Notes: generated by a model not told the origin, from the letters alone. A stretch of DNA of 64,000 bases from Nemertoderma westbladi (GCA_032718475.1 JAUCBJ010007300.1:62001-126000), one strand, 5' to 3'; shown: positions 1 through 12,789, counted from the stretch's first letter. Numbers and translations: made by a program.

Positions 1-1307
1 TAAGCTCTAAGGACGGCTTGCTTGAGCACGTAGATGACTTCTGCTACTTGGGATCATGGATGAGAATTAGAAAGTCAGGTGAAGACCTTCGGATACGTAA
101 GAAGAGGCATGGGAAGCGTTAAATAGTCTGTCCAGGATTTGGAAGTCTCATAGAATAAAACGGAACGTTAAGGTTCGATTATTTTTGGCAGCAGTAGTAC
201 CAGTACTGTTATATGGGAGTCCATGCTGGGCTCTAACAGCTGAGGACACCAAATCTCTGGATGGCACATTCACAAGAATGCTGCGCCTGGTTCACTGTGT
301 CAAGTACAATGCACACATCACCAACCAGACACTATATAACATTGGAGGTGTCTCATTGGTTCCCCCAAGCTTGACACTAGAACAAAGTTGCCTCTGCTTT
401 GCAGGACACTGCTTTCGCCGTGAGGATCAGCCAGTGCATAATCTTGTACTTTGGCAGCCCCATGGAGTGAATAAGCATGGTGGACAGCCCATGACTTTCT
501 TGAGACGAATCTTAGAGAACACTGGCCTTGAAGATGCGGATGATCTAGCAAATGTCATGGGTGATAGGGAGTTGTGGCGGTATTATATTGTTCATGTTCA
601 TAATTGTGGTTGACTATGTTCTAAGTATGTCCTTAGATCATCATAATGATGATGGGGTGATGGTAACTCCACCTACTGGCTCCAGAAATCGAGGAAATCC
701 TCCCAAGTACCTAACTGATCTAGACTTTGCTGATGACTTAGGAGTACTCTCAGAATCACTAGAGGGAGCCCAACGGCTCCTCGGCTCATTAGAACTGGCT
801 GCTTCTAGTGTTGGTCTTTTTATTAACTCCAAAAAGACCAAAATTTTGACAGTTAACGTTGAAAGTCATCAGCAAGTCTCTGACCGGATGAGCATAAGCT
901 CAAAAGATGGTATGCTTGAGCATGTGGACGACTTCTGTTACCTGGGATCATGAATCCGGAAGTCAGGTGAGGACCTTCGAATACGTAAGGGAAAGGCCTG
1001 AGCATCCTTGAATAGGCTTTCTAGGATTTGGAAGTCACAGAGAATTAATCGGAAACTTAAGGTCCGGTTATTTAGAGCAGCAGTAGTTCCAGTACTCCTC
1101 TATGGGAGTCCGTGCTGGGCTCTAACTGCTGAGGACACCAAATCTCTGGATGGCACATTCACAAGAATGCTACGTCGGGTTAATTGTGTCAAGTACAATG
1201 AACACATCTCCAACCAGACACTATATAACATTGGAGGTGTCTCATTGGTTCCCCCAAGCTTGACACTAGAACAAAGTCGCCTCCGCTTTGCAGGACATTG
1301 CTTTCGT
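1..1307 (+). mobile_element. Two adjacent degenerate RTE-clade LINE 3' fragments (about 1-580 and 585-1307)
   Basis: RT C-terminal motifs LDFADD, FCYLGS and FAGHCFR with internal stops; near-identical to 11840-12700. Confidence 0.9.
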
Positions 1308-2026
1308 TCCGATAAAAAAGGCCTATTTCCAAAATATATGTCAGCCGACCCAGCGTCTGATCTTAATAATAATCAAAGACTTCTAGAAAATAATTATTAT
1401 AATAATAAATATTATAATACTTTATAATAAATAATTTATTAGAATCCTTAGGATATATATGAAGTACACTATACCTGTCACATAAAATAAATTAGTTACG
1501 GTGCTTATCAGTATATAGGAAAGTATGTAATTAGTTGGCATGGTGTTTAAAATATGTTACCATAGGCCTACTGCTTATGCTAACAGTAATTATTATGTGG
1601 AAATATGTGGGTATATACAGTAGGCCTACAGTAGTAGTAGGCCTAAAGTAGTACAAAGTCTAGTTTACCTCTTATCGGTTATACACATAATTTAGTTTGT
1701 TTGATAAAGACATGTTAGCTGAAATATGAACTTTAATATTTATTATATTATTGAATTTCACTATTTAATTCCAAAACATATGGAATATCTAACCCACATA
1801 ATAAATAAATACAGGCTATAAATATATTAACGCAAGTAAAAATTATCAAAATACGTAGTAGCACTGTGTGATAAGGTATGAGAATGAGTTCGGGTTAAAA
1901 TAATCAAAACAGCAATGAGCAACTGGTCTGAATGATACTAAAAATCAATTATAAGTTCCCTGGGAGAAGAGGAACAGGGCGCAACGAAGGTCAGTTGAGT
2001 ACAGAGGAATACCCAGCAACATTGAA

Positions 2027-2212
2027 AATTATATGATGTTGACAACCACGACTTTAGAGGGATTGTGATATTAATATGAAAACTAGATAGTTATATAGAT
2101 AGATAGAAGTTAGAGAGTATCTGAGGAATATGACCCCATGTCCTATTTTATTGTTTTCATATTATTAATATCACAATCCCTCTAAAGTCGTGGTTGTCAA
2201 CATCATATAATT
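2027..2212. repeat. Small MITE-like inverted repeat with ~55-bp arms
   Basis: AATTATATGATGTTGACAACCACGACTTTAGAGGGATTGTGATATTAAT at 2027 is inverted at about 2160-2212. Confidence 0.8.
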
Positions 2213-2224
2213 ATATATTTACAG

Positions 2225-2286
2225 GGGTATTTTCTGACATCTGCGCAATTTTGTTTAAAAATCTGATCATTTATCTGTACATACCG
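2225..2286 (+). CDS. Candidate upstream exon of the polycystin/REJ-like gene (first half of a WSC domain), with an in-frame TGA
   Basis: tttacag|...ccg|gtatgt; GYFLTSAQFCLKI*SFICTY; ends in phase 2, matching the exon at 24185. Confidence 0.4.
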
Positions 2287-2360
2287 GTATGTGCTAATTG
2301 GGGTTGGTTGCATTCAGTGGGAAATCATGTTTATGCTTTATGCTTTATTTTTATAACATT

Positions 2361-2777
2361 TGCTAGATCATTCGCATCTTCTTTAACATGCGTCTCAAGA
2401 AAGTCATGGGCTGTCCACCATGCTTATTCACTCTATGAGACTGCCAAAGCGCAAGATTATGCACTGGCTGGTCCTCACGGCGAAAGCAATGTCCTGCAAA
2501 GCGGGGGCGATTTTGTTCTAGTGTCAAGCTTGGGGGAACCAATGAGACACCTCCAATGTTATATAGTGTCTGGTTGGAGATGTGTGCATTGTACTTGACA
2601 CAATGAACCCGGCGTAGCATTCTTATGAATGTACCATCCAGAGAGTTGGTGACCTCAGCAGTTAGAGATGGACTCCCATAGAGGAGTACTGGAACTACTG
2701 CTGCTCTAAATAATCGGACCTTAAGTTTCCTTAATTCTCGGCGACTTCCAAATCCTGGAAGCTGCCCATGCTTTTCC
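2361..2777 (-). mobile_element. Degenerate RTE LINE fragment
   Basis: Reverse complement of about 12235-12680; RFAGHCFRREDQP. Confidence 0.9.
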
Positions 2778-2778
2778 C

Positions 2779-3808
2779 GGGATGGTTATAGGACAGTAGC
2801 CCCCGGACAGTAGCCCCCGGACAGTAGCCCTCCCGGACAGTAGCCACCCCGGACAGTAGCCCCCAGAATGTATTTTTTAACCTTCATTTTTTGTGTTTTT
2901 GAGTGATATTTGATATTGGTTAGTGTTCTAGAACCACAGTAGATATTTTTTTAAGGTAGTTTGTGTTTTTTTACTAGCTAGTATTTTTTGAAAATAAAAA
3001 AAATTATTTTGTTTTGAGTGATTTTTTGATATTGGTGAATGTTCTAGAACCTTACTAGATTTTTCTATGGTAGTTAGTATTTTTTGAAAATTATTTTGGT
3101 CATTTATATATTCTGGCTGCAACATTTTAAACCTGAAACATTCATGTTTACACATTTTTTTATAATTTAAAAAAATACTAGCTATCATAGAAAACATATA
3201 AATACTAATATTCTAGCATATTCACCAATACAAAAAGAGCATTAAAATAATATTATATTCTGGAATTTCAGTGATATAAAATATTACTGAATAAATGAAA
3301 AATGTAGATGTTTTGTTCTTAATACTACTTATCTTTTGGGGCTGGGGGCTATTCACCGGGGGGTTACTGTCCGGGGGGCTACTGTCCGGGGGGCTGCTGT
3401 TTAGGGGGCTACTGTCCGCGGGCTACTGATGGGGGGCTACTGTCCTTGGGAATATTGTCCGGGGGGTACTGACCGGGGGGCTACTGTCCGGGGGGATACT
3501 GTCCGGGGGGCTACTGTCCGGGGGGCTACTGTCCCGGTGGGCTACTGTTTGGGGGGCTACTGTCCAGGGGCTACTAACCGGGGGGGCTACTGTCCGGTGG
3601 GCTACTGATTGGGGGGTTACTGTCCGGGGGCTAATGGCCGGGGGGCTAATGTCCTGGGAACTATTGTCCGGGGGCTACTGACCGGGGGGCTACTGTCCGG
3701 GGGGGGCTACTGTCCGGGGGGCTACAGTTTGAGGGGCTACTGTCCGGGGGCTACTGTCCGGGGGGCTATTGTCCGGGGGCTACTGTCCGGGGGCTACTAT
3801 CCTAACAC
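2779..3808. mobile_element. Non-autonomous foldback/MITE-like element with GGACAGTAGCCCCC subterminal tandem repeats
   Basis: Left end carries about 5 x ggacagtagcccc; right array 3345-3803 is the reverse complement (ggggctactgtcc)n; no clear TSD. Confidence 0.7.
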
Positions 3809-4491
3809 TATGGGGGATAGGGGAATGACTTACATTTATTAATTAGAAATTAACCCTCATCATTGTGCGTGAATCTTGCTTTTATAGTATAGATAATAAT
3901 AAAGAAGATGGGCCTACACAGGACTATTATTTGATAAAAAGTAAATGGACAACATTTTCTCACTAAATTTAACGAAATTCAACTATTTTGTCCGAGTGGT
4001 TGAGTTTTGCACGAAGTGGCAAATTTTTATAACGCCAACGTGTGGGAAACTCACCTCAGGAGGGCAGAATACCTGAAATTCGCTAAAGAATATGAGTGGA
4101 AAAGAGTGTTTTCCGTTACGTTTTTACCTTGCGATTATCGCATTTAAATATTTAGTAAATTAAACGTGCTCTTGACGACTGTTGCACAAGGGTAGATAAA
4201 TCAAAGGAGTCAAAAAGTCCATGGAGAAATCTGTTTGAAATGTAATTTCCCATTTTTAAGATATTTCTCATCGCCTTCCGCTAGGCAATGGATATATGTA
4301 TTACTGGCAGCACCTGAAAAATTGTTGCAGCACCATAAAGAATGTATTGGGTACAAATAGTGCGCCGTTTCCGAGCTGCATCGAGTCCCCTCATATAGTA
4401 TATGAACTACAATATGTAGAGATGTTGTACAGTAGACATTGATCCATAAATACGTTTAATGTAGACGAATGGGAAATAACACAATAACTAT

Positions 4492-4634
4492 TTACATCAT
4501 TGTGTGCAAAGTAGCACTTTGCAGCGTTATGACCCGAGTTTATTTATGTACCGAGCGAGCACAGGGAGGGAGGTTTACATTAATAAACAAAGGTCTTTAA
4601 CGCTGAAAAGTGACCTTTGCAAGCAATGATGTAT
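4492..4634. repeat. Imperfect ~140-bp palindrome (hairpin MITE-like)
   Basis: TACATCATTG..TGCAAAG..CACTTT.CAGCGTTA pairs with TAACGCTG.AAAGTG.CTTTGCA..CAATGATGTA. Confidence 0.6.
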
Positions 4635-4760
4635 GTAATTTTGTTACATTGTGTCAACTTAACAGCGTTAGGTATGCGAAGAAAGGATTTTATGGATGCT
4701 CATTTAAACATTTTAATAATGTACTATTTCAAATATAAGCGAAAATTATTCACATATATA

Positions 4761-5298
4761 CGGTGGCTGAATTGTGCCACTTAATACTTTTTTTTTATTT
4801 TTTTTTGAAGCGACTTTTTGGTCGACCAAAAAGTACTTTTTGGTCGACCAAAAACTACTTTTTGGTCGACCAAAAAGTCGACTTATTGGTCGACCAAAAA
4901 GTACATTTTGGTCGACCAAAAACTACTTTTTGGTCGACCAAAAAGTCGACTTATTGGTCGACCAAAAAGTACTTTTTGGTCGACCAAAAAGTACTTTTTG
5001 GTCGACCAAAAACTACTTTTTGGTCGACCAAAAAGTCGACTTATGAGATTTATTTATATTAATTCATGAACATCTACTCTACTTTACTAATTGGAAAGTG
5101 AATAACTATAATAATAATGCAGGGTGGAAATTATCAAATGACAAACGCACACTGTCACCAAAACAGTAAATAATTGAATAATGATTAATTTTTACTCATC
5201 GAATAAATTAAGCTAATTGGTCGACTTATTGGTCGACCAAAAAGTCGCTTCAAAAAAAAAATAAAAAAAAAGTATTAAGTGGCACAATTCAGCCACCG
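4761..5298. mobile_element. MITE with long TIRs, TA flanks and an internal array of TTTTTGGTCGACCAAAAA palindromes
   Basis: TA|CGGTGGCTGAATTGTGCCACTTAATAC ... GTATTAAGTGGCACAATTCAGCCACCG|TA; 21-22-bp palindromic repeat at 4814-5040. Confidence 0.85.
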
Positions 5299-5416
5299 TA
5301 CAGACTGGATTGGAATTTCTATGTATTGCACGCCGGGGGTGCGCCGGGCGTAGAATAATTTGCGCCAACCGACACTGAATTTACGCGAACCAAAAAAATA
5401 TGTTCCTACAGTAGCA

Positions 5417-7822
5417 CACACAGCCGCTGTATACCGGTACTAACAACCTTAAATACGTAATACACAGCCACTGTATACCGGTACTAACCACCTTAAATAC
5501 GTAATATACAGCCACTGTATACCGGTACTAACCACGTTAAATACGTAATACACATCCACTGTATACCGGTACTAACCACCTTAAATACGTAATACACAGC
5601 CGCTGTATACCGGTACTAACAACCTTAAATACGTAATACACAGCCACTGTATACCGGTACTAACCACTTTAAATACGTAATACACAGCCACTGTATACCG
5701 GTACTAACCACCTTAAATACGTAATGCACAGCCACTGTATACCGGTACTAACCACCTTAAATACGTAATACACAGCCACTGTATACCGGTACTAACCACC
5801 TTAAATACGTAATATACAGCCACTGTATACCGGTACTAACCACCTTAAATACGTAATACACATCCACTGTATACCGGTACTAACCACCTTAAATACGTAA
5901 TACACAGCCGCTGTATACCGGTACTAACAACCTTAAATACGTAATACACAGCCACTGTATACCGGTACTAACCACTTTAAATACGTAATACACAGCCACT
6001 GTATACCGGTACTAACCACCTTAAATACGTAATGCACAGCCACTGTATACCGGTACTAACCACCTTAAATACGTAATACACAGCCACTGTATACCGGTAC
6101 TAACCACCTTAAATACGTAATACACAGCCACTGTATACCGGTACTAGCCACCTTAAATACGTAATACACATCCGCTGTATACCGGTACTAACAACCTTAA
6201 ATACGTAATACACAGCCACTGTATACCGGTACTAACCACCTTAAATACGTAATATACAGCCACTGTATACCGGTACTAACCACCTTAAATACGTAATATA
6301 CAGCCACTGTATACCGGTACTAACCACCTTAAATACGTAATGCACAGCCACTGTATACCTGTACTAACCACCTTAAATACGTAATACACAGCCACTGTAT
6401 ACCGGTACTAGCCACCTTAAATACGTAATACACAGCCGCTGTATACCGGTACTAACCACCTTAAATACGTAATACACAGCCACTGTATACCGGTACTAAC
6501 CACCTTAAATACGTAATACACAGCCACTGTATACCGGTACTAACCACTTTAAATACGTAATACACAGCCACTGTATACCGGTACTAACAACCTTAACTAC
6601 GTAATACACAGCCACTGTATACCGGTACTAACCACCTTAAATACGTAATATACAGCCACTGTATACCGGTACTAACCACCTTAAATACGTAATACACAGC
6701 CGCTGTATACCGGTACTAACAACCTTAAATACGTAATACACAGCCACTGTATACCGGTACTAACCACCTTAAATACGTAATATACAGCCACTGTATACCG
6801 GTACTAACCACCTTAAATACGTAATACACATCCACTGTATACCGGTACTAACCACCTTAAATACGTAATACACAGCCGCTGTATACCGGTACTAACAACC
6901 CTAAATACGTAATACACAGCCACTGTATACCGGTACTAACCACCTTAAATATGTAATACACAGCCACTGTATACCGGTACTAGCCACCTTAAATACGTAA
7001 TACACATCCGCTGTATACCGGTACTAACAACCTTAAATACGTAATACACAGCCACTGTATACCGGTACTAACCACCTTAAATACGTAATATACAGCCACT
7101 GTATACCGGTACTAACCACCTTAAATACGTAATATACAGCCACTGTATACCGGTACTAACCACCTTAAATACGTAATGCACAGCCACTGTATACCGGTAC
7201 TAACCACCTTAAATACGTAATACACAGCCACTGTATACCGGTACTAGCCACCTTAAATACGTAATACACAGCCGCTGTATACCGGTACTAACCACCTTAA
7301 ATACGTAATACACAGCCACTGTATACCGGTACTAACCACCTTAAATACGTAATACACAGCCACTGTATACCGGTACTAACCACTTTAAATACGTAATACA
7401 CAGCCACTGTATACCGGTACTAACAACCTTAAATACGTAATACACAGCCACTGTATACCGGTACTAACCACCTTAAATACGTAATATACAGCCACTTTAT
7501 ACCGGTACTAACCACCTTAAATACAGTACGTAATACACAGCCACTGTATACCAGTACTAACCACCTTAAATACGTAATATACAGCCACTGTATACCGGTA
7601 CTACCACCTTAAATACAGTACGTAATACACAGCCACTGTATACCGGTACTAACCACCTTAAATACGTAATACACAGCCGCTGTATACCGGAACGGAACCA
7701 CCTTAAATACGTAATACACAGCCACTGTATACCGGTACTAACCACCTTAAATACGTAATACACAGCCACTGTATACCGGTACTAACCACCTTAAATACGT
7801 AATGCACAGCCACTGTATACCG
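5417..7822. repeat. 44-bp satellite/minisatellite, about 55 copies
   Basis: Unit CACAGCCACTGTATACCGGTACTAACCACCTTAAATACGTAATA. Confidence 0.97.
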
Positions 7823-7829
7823 CTACTAA

Positions 7830-9027
7830 CAAAGAGCATTAAGACCAATCGTGCCAGTGGAGTAGATGGTGTTCCCCCTGAGGTCTTTAAAATACCTGAG
7901 TGTTTAAAGCTCATCTATCCCATCATAGTAGACATGTACCGAACAACAAGAGTCCCACAAGAAATGAAAACAAATAAGTTGGTGCCAGTTCCCAAGAAGG
8001 GCAACCTAACACTCTATGGTTCTTTTTGGGGAATCTCATTGATCTCGATTGCTGCAAAGCTATACAATAGGATTCTATTAAATCGCATCAGGGATCCCAT
8101 TGAGAGACTGCTCCGTGGAAATCAGAATGGGTTCCGTAAAGGTCGTGGTACCATGGAGCCCATTTTGGCACTTAGAAGGATAATTGAAGAATTATCAAAA
8201 AAGAAAGACAGGCATCTGGCTGTTATCTTTGTTGACTTCTTCAAGGCCTTTGATTCAGTCTCTCGCTCACGTATGTTCAGCATACTTTCATTATATGGGA
8301 TTCCTGATGAAATTATTGCAGCAATAAGATCAGTATACGATGGCTCGACAACATTTGTGTCTACTGGTGACGGTGACACAGAACCATTTGAAGTGTTATG
8401 GGGCGTCCTCCAAGGAGACACACTTGCACCATTCCTGTTCATTATTGTGGTTGACTATGTTCTACGCATGTCCTTAGATCATCATAATGATGATGGGGTG
8501 ATGATAACTCCACCTACTGGCTCCAGAAGTCGAGGAAATCCTGCCAAGTACCTAACTGATCTAGACTTTGCTGATGACTTAGGAATACTCTCAGAATCAA
8601 TAGAGGGAGCCCAACGGCTCCTCAGCTCATTAGAACATGCTGCTTCTAGTGTTGGTCTTTTTATTAACTCCAGAAAGACCAAAATTTTGACAGTTAACTT
8701 TGAAAGTCCTCAGCAAGTCTCTGATCGGATGAGCATAAGCTCAAAGGATGGTATGCTTGAGCATGTGGACGACTTCTGTTACCTGGGATCATGGATCCGG
8801 AAGTCAGGTGAGGACCTTCGAATACGTAAGGGAAAGGCATGGGCAGCCTTGAATAGGCTTTCCAGGATTTGGAAGTCACCGAGAATTAATCGGAAACTTA
8901 AGGTCCGATTATTTAGAGCAGCAGTAGTTCCAGTACTCCTCTATGGGAGTCCATGCTGGGCTCTAACTGCTGAGGACACCAAATCTCTGGATGGCATTCA
9001 CAAGAATGCTACGCCGGGTTCATAGTG
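7830..9027 (+). mobile_element. 5'-truncated RTE LINE (RT region), interrupted by the full-length copy; resumes at 12790-13035
   Basis: ORF 7802-9025 has RT motifs NQNGFR, DFFKAFD, GVLQGD, FADD; near-identical to 11231-12427. Confidence 0.93.
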
Positions 9028-12000
9028 AGGTCAGGTCAGGTCAGGTATTCTAGGTCATTGATCAAGAAAACTTGCCACCTCCATGCAGCATAAAGGAGGT
9101 GCCACCTGTAGCTGCATAGACCCTCTAACTAGGGCAAATCTGGTCCTGTAACTAGGACCCCCTTCGTTCTGGGATAAGGACGCCCTTGGTCCTGGATTAA
9201 GGACCCATATACTTGGCTGCAGGGGTATATGGCCTGACCAGGCAGATGGTGATCTACCAATGGCTGGTCAGGAGCAGAGTGTTCTCATGTCCACTCTGAG
9301 AGCACTTCACTGCGACCTGCACCTGGCAGCAAGGGTACAGGGCATGACCCAGCAGATGAGCTGCAACAGCCAATGGTGGGTCATGTGCGCCAGAGTAGAT
9401 ATGGGTGATGGGCCTCATATCTGACTCCATTGCGACACCCACCCTGTGGAATGGCAAACCAGGGTGTGGTATTTGCCCCGAGAGCTGACTCGGCAAAAAA
9501 GCACCCCCCAACCCCCACTATGGATTACATTAGCAATGCGGAGGTCCGGCCACTAGAGGCCAGTGGAATTACCGGACACAATCGGCCTCACAGGCGTCAG
9601 TTAACTCCTGACCGGCTGCCTGTCTCACCCCCTACTGGAGAGAGAGCAGCCAACAATTCTTTGAGTCCCTTTCCTGATGACCTTTCTGGCCCAAACCCTG
9701 GGTCACCAGGAAGGCCAGATTGTGATGGGGAGAGGGATTCTGGAGTTGGAGGCTACTCTCATGTTCCACCCCGACCAACAAAGCCATTGGTGAATCTGAG
9801 GCAAGTCACAAGACTAGCCTCAGTAAACACCCTAACACTCGGGTCCCCAATGCGACAAGGTGAGCTGACTGCCTTGGCAGATAAGCTTTCTCTTAGCGCA
9901 GTGGGTGTTCAAGAGCACCGAATGCAGACTGGACAGACTGATGAGGTTCTGATTAAGGACATGGGGGGTGGTTGGCGACTCGCCCTCGCGTCAGCAGATG
10001 ATAGTGGCAATGGTGGAATTGGTCTATTGACGAATCCAACTGCACATGCAGCATTGGACAAAATAGACCAAATCTCTAACCGCATCATCCGTTGCCACTT
10101 CTCATGTTCTGGAAGACTGGCTAAGAAGTTTCCTAAGGTGGTTCTGATTGTGTGCTACTCTCCAACTAGTGTTGCCCCTGTAGAGGAGGTGGACAATTTC
10201 TACCACAATCTACAAGCAGCTACTGATGGAGTGGATCAGCATGCATTCTTAACATTCGTGGGAGACTTTAATGCAAGTCTGCATCAATCACCTACATCGC
10301 CCTGGGTCTATAGCAATAGTGTTAACCGAAATTCTGTCCATCTTCAGGATTTTATCTCTGGAAATGGATTGTTTTCGGCTGGAACCCAGTTCAAGAAGCG
10401 AACTGGAAAGCTATGGACTCATAGTGGACCCAGTGGTCACAAGTCCCAGATATACCATATTCTGTTTCGTAGGAAATACAGGAGCTCTATACAAGACTGT
10501 AATGCATTTACACTTCGACCCTTCTCCAGTGATCACCGCCTTATTGTGGCCAAGGTAAGACTTAGTCTGCGTGCTAGCAGAACAACGAAATCTGCCTTGC
10601 CGCGGCATGACTGGTCCTCTCTGTTGCAACAGCCAAGTGTGAGATCCAGCTTCACACTACAGCTGAGCAACAGGTATGAGGCTCTTGCCTCTGAGGCGGC
10701 AGATCACTGTGAGGGCTATACTGCCTTTACAGAAGCAGTTAAGTTAGCAGCTGCAGAAACAGTTCCTGTATACCCTCGAAACAGGAAAAGGGCCCCCTGG
10801 ACTGACAACAAAATTCAGAAGTGCCGAAATGACCTTCATAAGGCGCAGAAAGAGTCCCGACTCAAACAGACTACAGCGGCCAAGAATGCAGTTAAGGCTG
10901 CATCTAGGTCCCTGAACAGGCAGTACTCTGCTAATCTACAGAAGCTAATAAACCAACAGGTTGATGCCAGCAATGATGCTGACGACAGCAGGCAATCATC
11001 CCAGGCATGGAAATCGATCAATCTGATTACTGGGCGGAATAGCCAACCAACCACCAAGGTTAAGGCTGAATCACCAGCCGATCGCCTCAATGGTTGGAAA
11101 GCCCACTTTGAAAAGCTCCTCAACAATGAAAGGGTATTGCCTGATAACTTTATAGAAGTTAAAGTGTCTGAGTCTGTACTCCCAGATATTCCCATTGGCG
11201 ATATCTCCTTTGCAGAAGTGAAGGCTGCTGCAAAGAGCATTAAGACCAATCGTGCCAGTGGAGTAGATGGTGTTCCCCCTGAGGTCTTTAAAATACCTGA
11301 GTGTTTAAAGCTCATCTATCCCATCATAGTAGACATGTACCGAACAACAAGAGTCCCACAAGAAATGAAAACAAATAAGTTGGTGCCAGTTCCCAAGAAG
11401 GGCAACCTAACACTCTATGGTTCTTTTCGGGGAATCTCATTGATCTCCATTGCTGCAAAGCTATACAATAGGATTCTATTAAATCGCATCAGGGATCCCA
11501 TTGAGAGACTGCTCCGTGGAAATCAGAATGGGTTCCGTAAAGGTCGTGGGACCATGGAGCCCATTTTGGCACTTAGAAGGATAATTGAAGAGTTATCAAA
11601 AAAGAAAGACAGGCATCTGGCTGTTATCTTTGTTGACTTCTTCAAGGCCTTTGATTCAGTCTCTCGCTCACGTATGTTCAGCATACTTTCATTATATGGG
11701 ATTCCTGATGAAATTATTGCAGCAATCAGATCAGTATACGATGGTTCGACAACATTTGTGTCTACTGTTGATGGTGACACAGAACCATTTGAAGTGTTAT
11801 GGGGCGTCCTCCAAGGAGACACACTTGCACCATTTTTGTTCATTATTGTGGTAGACTATGTTCTACACATGTCCTTAGATCATTATAATGATGATGGGGT
11901 GATGATAACTCCACCTACTGGCTCCAGAAGTCGAGGAAATCCTGCCAAGTACCTAACTGATCTAGACTTTGCTGATGACTTAGGAGTACTCTCAGAATCA

Positions 12001-12789
12001 TTAGAGGGAGCCCAACGGCTCCTCAGCTCATTAGAACATGCTGCTTCTAGTGTTGGTCTTTTTATTAACTCCAGAAAGACCAAAATTCTGACAGTTAACT
12101 TTGAAAGTCCTCAGCAAGTCTCTGATCGGATGAGCATAAGCTCAAAGGATGGTATGCTTGAGCATGTGGACGACTTCTGTTACCTGGGATCATGGATACG
12201 GAAGTCAGGTGAGGACCTTCGAATACGTAAGGGAAAGGCATGGGCAGCCTTGAATAGGCTTTCCAGGATTTGGAAGTCACCGAGAATTAATCGGAAACTT
12301 AAGGTCCGATTATTTAGAGCAGCAGTAGTTCCAGTACTCCTCTACGGGAGTCCATGCTGGGCTCTAACTGCTGAGGACACCAAATCTCTGGATGGCACAT
12401 TCACAAGAATGCCACGCCGGGTTCATTGTGTCAAGTACAATGCACACATCTCCAACCAGACACTATATAACATTGGAGGTGTCTCATTGGTTCCCCCAAG
12501 CTTGACACTAGAACAAAATCGCCTCCGCTTTGCAGGACATTGCTTTCGCCGTGAGGACCAGCCAGTGCATAATCTTGTACTTTGGCAGCCTCATGGAGTG
12601 AATAAGCATGGTGGACAGCCCATGACTTTCTTGAGACGCATCTTAAAGGACACTGGCCTTAAAGATGCGGATGATCTAGCAAATGTCATGGGTGATAGGG
12701 AGTTGTGGCGGTGCAATTTTGTTGACAAGCCGGCACAGCATTCTTAAAAATGCAGCTGCAATGCAGCATGCCGATCATAGTAGTAGTAG
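9028..12789 (+). mobile_element. Full-length RTE-clade non-LTR retrotransposon
   Basis: Structured 5' UTR, single APE+RT ORF, short 3' UTR, (TAG)n tail at 12778-12789, ~86-bp TSD. Confidence 0.92.
9430..12747 (+). CDS. RTE ORF: apurinic-like endonuclease + reverse transcriptase (likely ATG at 9519)
   Basis: APE motifs VQEHR, CYSPT, GDFNA, SDH; RT motifs GVLQGD, FADD, YLGS; RTE C-terminal RLRFAGHCFR; QIYHIL where QIDHIL is usual. Confidence 0.93.
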   Translation: MRHPPCGMANQGVVFAPRADSAKKHPPTPTMDYISNAEVRPLEASGITGHNRPHRRQLTPDRLPVSPPTGERAANNSLSPFPDDLSGPNPGSPGRPDCDGERDSGVGGYSHVPPRPTKPLVNLRQVTRLASVNTLTLGSPMRQGELTALADKLSLSAVGVQEHRMQTGQTDEVLIKDMGGGWRLALASADDSGNGGIGLLTNPTAHAALDKIDQISNRIIRCHFSCSGRLAKKFPKVVLIVCYSPTSVAPVEEVDNFYHNLQAATDGVDQHAFLTFVGDFNASLHQSPTSPWVYSNSVNRNSVHLQDFISGNGLFSAGTQFKKRTGKLWTHSGPSGHKSQIYHILFRRKYRSSIQDCNAFTLRPFSSDHRLIVAKVRLSLRASRTTKSALPRHDWSSLLQQPSVRSSFTLQLSNRYEALASEAADHCEGYTAFTEAVKLAAAETVPVYPRNRKRAPWTDNKIQKCRNDLHKAQKESRLKQTTAAKNAVKAASRSLNRQYSANLQKLINQQVDASNDADDSRQSSQAWKSINLITGRNSQPTTKVKAESPADRLNGWKAHFEKLLNNERVLPDNFIEVKVSESVLPDIPIGDISFAEVKAAAKSIKTNRASGVDGVPPEVFKIPECLKLIYPIIVDMYRTTRVPQEMKTNKLVPVPKKGNLTLYGSFRGISLISIAAKLYNRILLNRIRDPIERLLRGNQNGFRKGRGTMEPILALRRIIEELSKKKDRHLAVIFVDFFKAFDSVSRSRMFSILSLYGIPDEIIAAIRSVYDGSTTFVSTVDGDTEPFEVLWGVLQGDTLAPFLFIIVVDYVLHMSLDHYNDDGVMITPPTGSRSRGNPAKYLTDLDFADDLGVLSESLEGAQRLLSSLEHAASSVGLFINSRKTKILTVNFESPQQVSDRMSISSKDGMLEHVDDFCYLGSWIRKSGEDLRIRKGKAWAALNRLSRIWKSPRINRKLKVRLFRAAVVPVLLYGSPCWALTAEDTKSLDGTFTRMPRRVHCVKYNAHISNQTLYNIGGVSLVPPSLTLEQNRLRFAGHCFRREDQPVHNLVLWQPHGVNKHGGQPMTFLRRILKDTGLKDADDLANVMGDRELWRCNFVDKPAQHS

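Noticed and set aside
3609-5069. ORFs at 3609-3842 and 4763-5069
   Set aside because: Translations of MITE tandem repeats
5417-7822. 44-bp array as CRISPR
   Set aside because: Head-to-tail units with no unique spacers
7802-9025. Standalone 407-aa RT gene
   Set aside because: The ATG comes from a satellite variant fused to a truncated RTE, and the ORF ends at a 2-bp deletion
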